Assembly: GCA_041752595.1 (NCBI GenBank) | Contig: JBGSWE010000006.1 | Span: forward strand, 2,259 to 66,258 | DNA length: 64,000 nt | Origin: Candidatus Saccharimonadales bacterium | GTDB lineage: Bacteria > Patescibacteriota > Saccharimonadia > Saccharimonadales > JACDBH01 | Reading direction: 5' to 3' | In this document: positions 13,508-22,065 of the stretch, one piece after another | Layout of the letters: every line of letters begins with the position of its first letter | Numbering within the stretch: the first letter of the stretch is position 1 | Notes under the pieces: model-generated | Told to the model about the DNA's origin: nothing | Database searches by the model: none | The model's input: the letters and a program-made list of their open reading frames with translations, nothing else | Program-made: the position numbers and the translations under genes

Positions 13508-16429
13508 ATGTCTACCATATATGACGATCAAGATACTCGCACAAAAGCTGATGATGATGAGCTACGCCGAATTACGGGCATAGATCCGGCAGAAGAAAAA
13601 AAGATGGAAGACAGCGCCGTTCATGACGGTGGTGTCGCTGGTAACACTGAACAAAAAGGCTTAAAAGATCTAAGCAAAGACAACAAAGGTTCAGAGAAAG
13701 ATAAAAGTAATCAAGATGGTTCAAGTCTATACACGGGAGATGAAGAGCCCGGTAATAGAAGTTTGCGTAGCCGTATAGTCAACCGTAAATCAGCTATGGG
13801 GGCGGGTGCAGCGGGATTGTTGGTAGGGGGTAGTTTTGGAGTATTTACAGTTTTATCTGGTCCTGCTCAGGTTATTCAATTAGCACAGTTACTTAATGTA
13901 AACTTTGAGGTTGGTCGTAATTCCAGCGAAAGTCGTATAGGACGTATGTATGAGTTTTATCGTACACGAAACGATCCGAGTAAGCGCAATGTTAGTTACA
14001 CTATGGAAATTGTATCCAGTAAATACATCCGACAACTCGACGCTCAAGGAATTAAACTTAACTACGACACACCAAGTGGACGACAGAGCAGTAGACTTCA
14101 GTCAATTAGCCTGGATGAATCAAACCCCAACTCTAGTAGAATTATAGAAAACCTGCGAAATAAGGGCTATACGGTTGATGGCGGGAACATTAATGTTCGT
14201 CAATTTGACATAGGTGAAAGGCGCGATATTCTAAAACTTGCAGTTGACACACCTAGCAAGGGTACTGCATCAAATGCCATTAAAAAACGAATACTAAGTG
14301 CACGGGCCGGGGTAGGGTTTCATGTGCTGGGAGACAGAAGAAGACCCGTAACCGAACGCCTAATAGATTGGCGTACAGAAAGAAAAGTTGAAAGATCCGA
14401 AGATGTAAAAACAGGAATAGACGCAACAGACGGCCGAAACCTAACCGGAACAGAAGCTGAGGGCGAAAACGGAGAAACAGTAAGAGTAAATGACGATATT
14501 GCAAATGAGGCAAATAACGGTATTCAGGAAGCGGAGTTAGTTTCAGACCTAGCAGAACGAAATTCTTTGGCTGATCGATTCAAAAATACAATAACCCGAG
14601 CATCCGGCCCAGCAGCAGCAGCTAGTGCAGTAATTGGTAGTCTTTGTGTTGCAAGAAGTATTGGCAATGAAATACCGGCCTATCAGCAAGCAAATATCAT
14701 TTTACCGATGGTGCGCATGAGCATGAACGCAATAAGTATTGGTAGCCAGGTACAGAGTGGGCAAGACATTAGTCTGGATGAACTAGGGGCTTTTACAGAT
14801 GATTTTTATGATGAAGAAACCCAAAGCTCTATATGGGGAGCTGCAGCAATACAAGCCACTCAAGGAAAAGAAGTAACTGGACCCGATAGCGAAGTTAAGC
14901 CTTCGGGGGTTGGTGAAAAACCACAACTGTTCGATATTGTAGATCAAATACCGTTGTTGTCTACCGCTTGTGGCATTCAAGATGGTTTTGGGAATTTTGT
15001 AAGGTCTATACCGCTCGTGGGCGATGTTGTTAATGTATTTGATAGTGCAGTTGAGGGTTCAATTAACTTAGCTCTTGGGCCGTTTGGGCTTAGTATTGGT
15101 GAGCTTATGGAGCGACTGATTGCGTTTTTGTCGGGCGATCTAGTGGACACTTTTGCAAAAGGTGCAAAGCTAGGTAATTATCAAGCAATTGGCGGAAGGC
15201 TGGCCGCAAACGAAACCGAGATTGCAAGTGGCGGTGTTGCTCTAAGCGATCGACAAGCATCTATACTTAATGAACAATTCAGACAAGAGTATGCCCTAAA
15301 GCAAAAAAATAAAAGTTTTTTTGCTAGAGTGCTAGATTTAGAGGATTCTGGTAGCTTAATTTCTAAGACTATTGTGCAGAACCCCGATATTGCCTCAATA
15401 CCTTCAATAGCAAAGAGCATTGCTGTTTTACCGTCTAAATTATTCGCCTCCTTAGGTAATAGTACTGGTCGTTTAATGCCTATGGCGGGGGCGCAAACGT
15501 TTACGCCCAGTTATGACTTTGGTGTGCCTCAATACGGATTTGGTGCCGACGAATTAGATGATACAAACTATGCAAACCCATACGACAATGCCGATATTGT
15601 TGAAGGTCCGGGCGGTAGTAATTTGCGTACACTTAATGAGCGTTGGGGAGATTGTTTTGCCAGCCGTATAGATCCAGACCAGAACTATAATCTCATAACT
15701 AGTGATTCTGTAAATTACTTTACTGATGAATATAGGGAAGAATGTTCACCACCTGCAAGAGGTACACAGGATTACGTAACGTTTAAACGTTACCGTTTTT
15801 ATTTGCTTGATAGCATAACTGCCAAGACATTAGCCTGCTATGAAGGTCTAGACGAAGCAGCATGTACACAGCTTGGTTTTAACCAATCACTTGCTGCAAC
15901 AACTACTGCCAGTCCTGCAACAGGAAATGCAGCACAATATATTCCTGATTGTGCGGCTAACGGTGGCAACGCAGCAATTGCCTGTACCGCAATTAATGAG
16001 TTGCTTGGGGTGCCTTATAGCAGGGAGCAGAGAGCAGCACCAACAACCCCTGATCCAGTGCCGTTTTTAGATTGTAGCGCTTTTACGGGTATGGCAGTAT
16101 ATAGAACGTTTGGTGTTAATTTAGGGGGCATAGCATCCGTTCAATATAGACGTGACCCGAACTTCCAAAACATTAACGTACAAGACATTCAACCCGGTGA
16201 CTTTGTTGGTCGGGGTACAGTAGCGACTGGAGCTGGAGGAAATGGTCACATCGGTATTGTAGTTAGCTACAATAGAGCAACCGGTGCTTTAGTAACCGCT
16301 GAGACAGACGGTAGAAGTAATCCGAGCCGTATTGTTACTAATAAAGGTTTGCGAATAGATAATCTTGGCACTTATGAATGGGCAGTGCGTTACATCGGTC
16401 CAAGAAACTCACCGGTAACACAACTATGA
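13508..16429 (+). CDS. 973-aa membrane-anchored protein with C-terminal NlpC/P60 cysteine peptidase domain (PrgK/TcpG/VirB1-role candidate)
   Basis: Charged N-terminus, one TM (GAGAAGLLVGGSFGVFTVLSG) and a large domain I could not assign. The C-terminus carries LDCSAFTGMAVYRTFG ... GHIGIVVSY, the Cys/His pair of NlpC/P60. Confidence 0.6.
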   Translation: MSTIYDDQDTRTKADDDELRRITGIDPAEEKKMEDSAVHDGGVAGNTEQKGLKDLSKDNKGSEKDKSNQDGSSLYTGDEEPGNRSLRSRIVNRKSAMGAGAAGLLVGGSFGVFTVLSGPAQVIQLAQLLNVNFEVGRNSSESRIGRMYEFYRTRNDPSKRNVSYTMEIVSSKYIRQLDAQGIKLNYDTPSGRQSSRLQSISLDESNPNSSRIIENLRNKGYTVDGGNINVRQFDIGERRDILKLAVDTPSKGTASNAIKKRILSARAGVGFHVLGDRRRPVTERLIDWRTERKVERSEDVKTGIDATDGRNLTGTEAEGENGETVRVNDDIANEANNGIQEAELVSDLAERNSLADRFKNTITRASGPAAAASAVIGSLCVARSIGNEIPAYQQANIILPMVRMSMNAISIGSQVQSGQDISLDELGAFTDDFYDEETQSSIWGAAAIQATQGKEVTGPDSEVKPSGVGEKPQLFDIVDQIPLLSTACGIQDGFGNFVRSIPLVGDVVNVFDSAVEGSINLALGPFGLSIGELMERLIAFLSGDLVDTFAKGAKLGNYQAIGGRLAANETEIASGGVALSDRQASILNEQFRQEYALKQKNKSFFARVLDLEDSGSLISKTIVQNPDIASIPSIAKSIAVLPSKLFASLGNSTGRLMPMAGAQTFTPSYDFGVPQYGFGADELDDTNYANPYDNADIVEGPGGSNLRTLNERWGDCFASRIDPDQNYNLITSDSVNYFTDEYREECSPPARGTQDYVTFKRYRFYLLDSITAKTLACYEGLDEAACTQLGFNQSLAATTTASPATGNAAQYIPDCAANGGNAAIACTAINELLGVPYSREQRAAPTTPDPVPFLDCSAFTGMAVYRTFGVNLGGIASVQYRRDPNFQNINVQDIQPGDFVGRGTVATGAGGNGHIGIVVSYNRATGALVTAETDGRSNPSRIVTNKGLRIDNLGTYEWAVRYIGPRNSPVTQL

Positions 16430-17007
16430 GCAATCGATTTAATATAAGGGTTTTTATTGTAATAGTTATTTTGCTGTTATTAGGTATTGTTGGGTTTAAT
16501 TTTCTATCACGTTCTACAGTAAATGTTGTTGTAGAAACGGGAAACATAGTTGGTGAAACGCAGGTTATATTAAATGACAATAAGCTATACCCAACTGGAC
16601 AGGACGGCGCAACCTACAGAGGTAAAACCGGCATAGGCAACCACGACATCCAAGTTGTTTCTCCGGGTTACGAAGCTTATTCAACACAAATATCAACCTC
16701 TATTCTTTCAAATGAAACTGTTGTAGTAACCCTAAAACCAATTAGCCCGGAATTAATTGCGAAAGAACTGTATGGTTTTAGTGATTTAATAAACGTAAGT
16801 GGTGCGCGTTTTTTTGGTAATAATAGCTGGCTTGTTTTTTCTGTTTCAGATAAAGGTGTGGATGCGGAAGGTAGTATAGTGGTGGCAAAATTTGATGATG
16901 GTTTAAGAACATGGAGTATAGTGGACGAAGGAACAGATATCGATACTTCTCAAGATAAATACATCGATGCCCCTACTGATTTAATTAGTTTTTTGAGGGG
17001 TTATTAA
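16426..17007 (+). CDS. signal-anchored protein with PEGA-like beta-sandwich segment
   Basis: ATG 16426 overlaps the upstream TGA (ATGA). N-terminal TM, then GNHDIQVVSPGYEAYSTQISTSILSNETVVVTLKP, which resembles a PEGA domain. Confidence 0.45.
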   Translation: MSNRFNIRVFIVIVILLLLGIVGFNFLSRSTVNVVVETGNIVGETQVILNDNKLYPTGQDGATYRGKTGIGNHDIQVVSPGYEAYSTQISTSILSNETVVVTLKPISPELIAKELYGFSDLINVSGARFFGNNSWLVFSVSDKGVDAEGSIVVAKFDDGLRTWSIVDEGTDIDTSQDKYIDAPTDLISFLRGY

Positions 17008-17008
17008 T

Positions 17009-18859
17009 ATGTTTTGGTTAGCGTTAAAGAAAAATATCCGGCGACTAGCTGTTCTTTTAGTGCTGGTTGTTTTTTCGACTAACACAGTTGCCTTAGCGCT
17101 TACACCAGAACAAAAGAGGCTAATAGATTCAGGAGTGCGTGAATTTAATATAGAAGCTGATGCCGAGTGTAATACTACGGGTAGTGGGTCTAGTAGTGGG
17201 TCGGTTTATATGCTGGGTGACTCAATTACTGTCCGTTCTACACCCGCACTACAAACCGCTTTCCAAACCAACAATCAACCTCTGCAGAAAATCAACGCCG
17301 CTGTAGGTCGTTCAATTACAGCTCCGGGTGAGGGAACCGAGACTGGATTACAGGTTCTCTTGAGTGATGCATCCGATATCGCCGCCTCTGGATCTGTAGT
17401 TATTGCTCTTGGCACCAATCCTTCCGGTGCTAATGAAGACGGCGTTAGGCAAGTATTTAACGCAGTTAGAGCTTCTAATCCCTCGGCGAGAATATTTTGG
17501 GTGAACATATTTTCACCCGCCGCCATCAACAGGGAGTCATTTAATCAAACTTTGGTTACTCTATCTTCAAGTTTAGGTTTTACGGTTATAAATACTAACT
17601 CCGCTGGAATTGAGATGGTTAGTGACGACATACACCCAAGCACAAATGGCTCGGCAACTTTTGCCCAAACAGTTGCCGCAGGACTAAGTGGTGGCTCTAG
17701 TGTTGTGTCAGCAACTGGGTGTGCTTGTAGTTTAGGTGGTAGCTTGGGTGGTAGCCTAGATCGTAACACTCGCTATCAAGCTACCTGGGCTTACTTTATA
17801 GAAAAAGGTTTATCGCCTGAAGCTACTGCTGGACTTATGGGCAACCTAGAAGCTGAGTCAGGGATTGACCCTCAAAACACTCAAAATAACGCACCAGCAC
17901 CGGATGGTCCAGAAATACCGATTGATGCAATTCGTGGAAGGTTTGGTTATGGTATCGCCCAGTGGACAAGCGCCGGTAGACAAGACAACCTTATTGCCTT
18001 TGCGCGTCAAACAAATAGATCAACTGGTGACTTAGGCTTGCAGCTTGATTTCCTTTGGAAAGAACTTTCAGAAAGTTATACTGGTGTATTAACAGTATTA
18101 CAGACACCCGATGTCAGCTTAGCCGAATCATCTGCAGAAGTGTTATTGCGTTTTGAGATACCAGCCTCTGTACTCGGGGGTGCAGCAGAAAGACAGGCAA
18201 CAATTCTAGCTAGACAAAGGCTTGGTGAGGCAATATTTAATGAATTTTCCGGTCAGACAATTTCTAGCAGCACGGGTGCAGGTTGTAATACAAGCGGAGT
18301 AGCAATTGATCTCACCGATACAGACACAACCGATATTGTTTGTGGTGCTGGTACCGTAGATTCAGGCAACGCCCAAGGCTATAGAGATGGTCAGGTTATA
18401 CAAATAAGGTTGTGTCAGGTGGGCGGTACCAGAATAAACTCACAGCTTGCTGGTTCTATAGCTCGCATGTTGTCTGACGCATCATCAGCAGGAGTAGCAC
18501 TAGGAATTAACGGTGGATTTCGTGATATGCAGGGCCAAATAGATATATATAACAGTTGGTGCGGTAGAGCAGGCATTACCCCAACCCCGCCACCTTATCC
18601 TAAGACACAAAGGTCAGATTATCAGTCTTGTCCGGGTGGTGCCCCGCCAGGCTATTCAAACCACCAACAAGGTTTAGCCGTTGATTTAGAGTGTAATGGC
18701 CAGCTTATTGCTCAATCCTACACATCCGCTCAAAATAATCCATGTTTCCAGTGGCTAGTAGCTAATGCTAGTAAATATGGTCTTTATGAGTTTGGTAAAG
18801 GCCAAGACAGAACTCGAACAGGATATGAAGCCTGGCACTGGTCAGTGGATGGAAACTAA
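17009..18859 (+). CDS. secreted tri-domain cell-wall hydrolase: SGNH/GDSL esterase-like + phage-tail-lysozyme-like + M15 (VanY-type) peptidase-like
   Basis: Signal peptide. SGNH blocks VYMLGDSITV and DDIHPSTNG. Lysozyme-like GLMGNLEAESGIDPQN...GYGIAQWT. M15 signature GYSNHQQGLAVDL ... EAWHW. Confidence 0.65.
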   Translation: MFWLALKKNIRRLAVLLVLVVFSTNTVALALTPEQKRLIDSGVREFNIEADAECNTTGSGSSSGSVYMLGDSITVRSTPALQTAFQTNNQPLQKINAAVGRSITAPGEGTETGLQVLLSDASDIAASGSVVIALGTNPSGANEDGVRQVFNAVRASNPSARIFWVNIFSPAAINRESFNQTLVTLSSSLGFTVINTNSAGIEMVSDDIHPSTNGSATFAQTVAAGLSGGSSVVSATGCACSLGGSLGGSLDRNTRYQATWAYFIEKGLSPEATAGLMGNLEAESGIDPQNTQNNAPAPDGPEIPIDAIRGRFGYGIAQWTSAGRQDNLIAFARQTNRSTGDLGLQLDFLWKELSESYTGVLTVLQTPDVSLAESSAEVLLRFEIPASVLGGAAERQATILARQRLGEAIFNEFSGQTISSSTGAGCNTSGVAIDLTDTDTTDIVCGAGTVDSGNAQGYRDGQVIQIRLCQVGGTRINSQLAGSIARMLSDASSAGVALGINGGFRDMQGQIDIYNSWCGRAGITPTPPPYPKTQRSDYQSCPGGAPPGYSNHQQGLAVDLECNGQLIAQSYTSAQNNPCFQWLVANASKYGLYEFGKGQDRTRTGYEAWHWSVDGN

Positions 18860-18869
18860 TGGAGAAAAT

Positions 18870-19604
18870 ATGCGAAATATAGCAACAAAACGAAACGTTT
18901 TAATATTGTTTTCGGGCTTAATTATTGCCAGCTTAGTAATTTGGACATTATTTTTTAATACTAGCAGTGTAGTAAATCCCAATAAAGACAAAAACCTAAA
19001 CCCGGATGACGGTATTAGCTATGCTGTACTTTATGATTATGCTGAGGTTTTTAGCGTTATTGATGAAAATGAAGATGTACTAAGATCAATCCAAAAAGAC
19101 CTGTTGTTTTTTGCACGCAGCACAAGGCAGGAATTTTCAGATAATACTGTTTTGGTCGGTTTTACATTTGTTGATGAGGACGAAAATTATAAACAAAATG
19201 AAACTTCATTCTTTACTGGTTACTTTTATGGTCTGGAGGATAAAATTCAAGTAAGTTTAACCCCTTATGGCCGAGGAGTATATACGTTATCAATAACAAA
19301 TCTAAAGGATTCAACGAATATTGATGACTCTTTAAGTATGAATGGTCAAAGAAATCGTTTTATTATTACCCTACCGATAGAAAAGTCTTTTTACTCAATT
19401 AGGTATCAACTTACTGAAGATAGGATAGTAGTTAGTTTTTACGATGGTTACACACAGAAAGATATTGATGAAGTAATAGCGACCATAAATTCTGGATTTG
19501 GTGAAAACAATCTAGATGATGTTGTTTATAGCATAAATCGAGTTGGGATTGTTAATTTAGACCAGGTAGGCCAAAACCTTATTACTCCTTTGTTACAGCT
19601 TTAG
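18870..19604 (+). CDS. N-terminally anchored protein, last gene of the T4SS operon (VirB8/TcpC-role is speculation)
   Basis: ATG 18870 is preceded by GGAG (18861-18864). TM segment VLILFSGLIIASLVIWTLFF, then a soluble domain of about 210 aa with no recognisable motif. Confidence 0.45.
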   Translation: MRNIATKRNVLILFSGLIIASLVIWTLFFNTSSVVNPNKDKNLNPDDGISYAVLYDYAEVFSVIDENEDVLRSIQKDLLFFARSTRQEFSDNTVLVGFTFVDEDENYKQNETSFFTGYFYGLEDKIQVSLTPYGRGVYTLSITNLKDSTNIDDSLSMNGQRNRFIITLPIEKSFYSIRYQLTEDRIVVSFYDGYTQKDIDEVIATINSGFGENNLDDVVYSINRVGIVNLDQVGQNLITPLLQL

Positions 19605-20663
19605 CTAGCCCAGAGGAATAACTCTGCAGTTATTAAGGAATGTTTGAACCACTACATCGGCGTCGGTGGTGGTTATGAATGTTTGATATCTTTGCAGGTG
19701 ATCAGTTAGTAGGTGCCTACGCTTGCCGTCGAGTTCACTAAACACATCGTCTAGTAGCAATAGTGGTTTTTGGCCGCGTTGGTTTTCTAGTAGTTGTAGT
19801 TCAAAAACCTTAAGAGCTAGAAGGGTGGTGCGGGTTTCTCCGCGCGAGGCAACCTCGGCAGCAGGATGACCATTATAACTAACCAAAAAATCGTCTCTAT
19901 GTGGCCCGTAAGACGTAAATCCGCGTATTTTGTCTTGTTCAAGCGAGTTTTCTAGTGCCTGCATAAGTGTTGTTTCGTAGTTATCGATTGGTAATTTGCT
20001 AACATATTTAATACTCATGTCGGTTTTTTTATTGCCAGCAATTTCGTTATATAGGCTCGGTAGCGCTAGTTGAATTTCGTTTATAAGCTCGTTGCGGTGC
20101 CTGGCAATAACACCACCCAGCTCACTAAGCCTAAGGTTCCAAACAAAAAACTGTTCGCTTGGTGGATTATTGTGACTTTTTAATAAGGCATTTCGTTGAG
20201 TTAAGACTCTCCTATATTGCTTTCGCAGGTTCTTGAACTCGGGTATGGTTTGTTCTAGTAGGTTATCCATATAAAGCCTGCGTTGTTCTGGTTGACCATG
20301 CAAAAGCTGTAAATGATTAGGTTCAAAAAGTACTACTGGCAGTGTATTTTTAAGTGTTAGAATTTTATATGGTTTTTCTTCAAACACGTAGTTTTTGGTT
20401 AGACGACCGTTTTCTAATGAAATTTTTAGCGTTCTTATATCAGAATCATTTGCCGTGTCTATTCTTGACCAGTTTTTTTCAAACTGCACCAGCTCGTCGT
20501 CTTTAGCTCGATAAGACGATCCAATACACGACGTTAGAATTGCTTCTAACAAATTAGTTTTTCCACTACCGTTCGGGCCAACAATAATATTAACTCCCGC
20601 CTCAAACTCAAAAGAATCATCCACGTAGGAGCGAAAGTTTTGCAAACGGATACTTTGAATCAT
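19605..20663 (-). CDS. recF: DNA replication/repair protein RecF
   Basis: MIQSIRLQNFRSY..., Walker A GPNGSGKTNLLEAI, Walker B LLLLDDVFSELD. Synteny with dnaN-dnaA. Confidence 0.9.
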   Translation of the reverse strand: MIQSIRLQNFRSYVDDSFEFEAGVNIIVGPNGSGKTNLLEAILTSCIGSSYRAKDDELVQFEKNWSRIDTANDSDIRTLKISLENGRLTKNYVFEEKPYKILTLKNTLPVVLFEPNHLQLLHGQPEQRRLYMDNLLEQTIPEFKNLRKQYRRVLTQRNALLKSHNNPPSEQFFVWNLRLSELGGVIARHRNELINEIQLALPSLYNEIAGNKKTDMSIKYVSKLPIDNYETTLMQALENSLEQDKIRGFTSYGPHRDDFLVSYNGHPAAEVASRGETRTTLLALKVFELQLLENQRGQKPLLLLDDVFSELDGKRRHLLTDHLQRYQTFITTTDADVVVQTFLNNCRVIPLG

Positions 20664-20685
20664 TAGTCTTATTATAGCTCAGTCG

Positions 20686-21777
20686 CTATGAGCGAAGTGG
20701 CATGACTATGTGTTTATAGTCAGTGTTTTTTGGATCTGATAGTAATGATGGGTCAAGTTTTCCGTTGAACTGCAATGTAACTTTATCTCCGCTAAGCACA
20801 TGTAATGCGTCTAATAGATACCTTGAGTTAAGTGTAACCTCGCCGCTACCAACAACTTCTGCACTAGCACTGGCGGTATTTTCGCCGAGCTGTGAGGCGA
20901 TAGAATTAATACTAACTTGCTTAGACACTTCATCAACTTTAATAGTTACACTTCCGGCACTTTCGCGTGCAAACAGTGATGATACTTTAGTGATGTTTGT
21001 AAAATCTTCTTTAGAGAGTGTTGCTATAACTTCAAATTTACTAGGAATAAGCTTCCTATAATCTGGATATGCTCCGTCAATTAATCTAGAAACTAGCTCT
21101 ACTTCACCAACACGGAATAATACCTGTTGTTCGTCGTGAGTTATACTAACTGTTTCTTCGCCGTCACCCAAAATGCGCAGTAAATCTTGCATAGCTCCAG
21201 CAGGAATAAGTAAAGATACTTTGTCTTTGTTTTTTAGTAAGGCTTTTTCAGCTAGTCGATAACTGTCGGTTGCTACCAAATAAAGCATGTTATCAAAACT
21301 ATGCAGATAAACACCAGTTAGAACAGGTCGGGCTTCGTCGCTAGAAGCTGCCATTACTGTTTGTTGCAATCCTTTTTTAAGAACTGATGCTGTAATTTCA
21401 AAACTTGTACCTTTAGAAATCGCTGGCATAACCGGAAAATCGTCTGCTGCAATTCCGTTGATTGTAGATTTGTATTGGTCTGCTGTTATATGAAGTTTGT
21501 GCTCGTCTAGCTCAAGACTTATAACGCCACTTGGTAAGCTAGCTACAAAATCTTGCATAAGCCTAGCAGGAACAGTTATAGAGCCTTCTGATGAAACCTT
21601 TGATCCAATGTACTGAGTTATAGCAATGTCTAAATTAGTAGCAGAAACACTTAGTCGGTTGTCTACTGTCTTTAAAAGAACGTTACTTAGTATAGGAAGA
21701 GTGTTCCTAGTATTAGCAATTCGTGCGACTGCTCCGAGTGCTTTGCTTAGGTTTTCCTGGGTGACTTGTAATTTCAT
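20686..21777 (-). CDS. dnaN: DNA polymerase III beta sliding clamp
   Basis: The 363-aa length and three-domain pattern are typical (MKLQVTQENLSKAL...ILSNVLL...). It lies directly downstream of dnaA. Confidence 0.9.
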   Translation of the reverse strand: MKLQVTQENLSKALGAVARIANTRNTLPILSNVLLKTVDNRLSVSATNLDIAITQYIGSKVSSEGSITVPARLMQDFVASLPSGVISLELDEHKLHITADQYKSTINGIAADDFPVMPAISKGTSFEITASVLKKGLQQTVMAASSDEARPVLTGVYLHSFDNMLYLVATDSYRLAEKALLKNKDKVSLLIPAGAMQDLLRILGDGEETVSITHDEQQVLFRVGEVELVSRLIDGAYPDYRKLIPSKFEVIATLSKEDFTNITKVSSLFARESAGSVTIKVDEVSKQVSINSIASQLGENTASASAEVVGSGEVTLNSRYLLDALHVLSGDKVTLQFNGKLDPSLLSDPKNTDYKHIVMPLRS

Positions 21778-22065
21778 TAATTTATCCCTTTATTTGAATA
21801 GTTATCATATATATAAGCCCTGTGTATAGTGTGTACAACCAACGATTTAACAGATGTGAATGTGGTATAAGATTGTTCAAAAACTGTATACAAAAATGGT
21901 TGCAGTAGTGGGATAAAAACCGTCTTCTTGGATGATTTATGCACCGCCTTTTGTGGCATCGTTAGGTGCATGTGTACAAGCCTAGTAGTCTTCAAGACGT
22001 TTGTGTGCAGTCTATGCCCAGGCTTTCCACAGAGCCAAAACACATTATCAGAAATTAAGTATTTT

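Noticed and set aside
2704-19604. Interpreting the T4SS locus as an integrative conjugative element inserted at tRNA-Ser.
   Set aside because: There is no integrase, relaxase, coupling protein or replication/partition gene. I noticed no second distant copy of the tRNA 3' repeat in the window. The right end abuts recF with zero spacer. The hypothesis needs a whole-genome check, which is noted in the findings.
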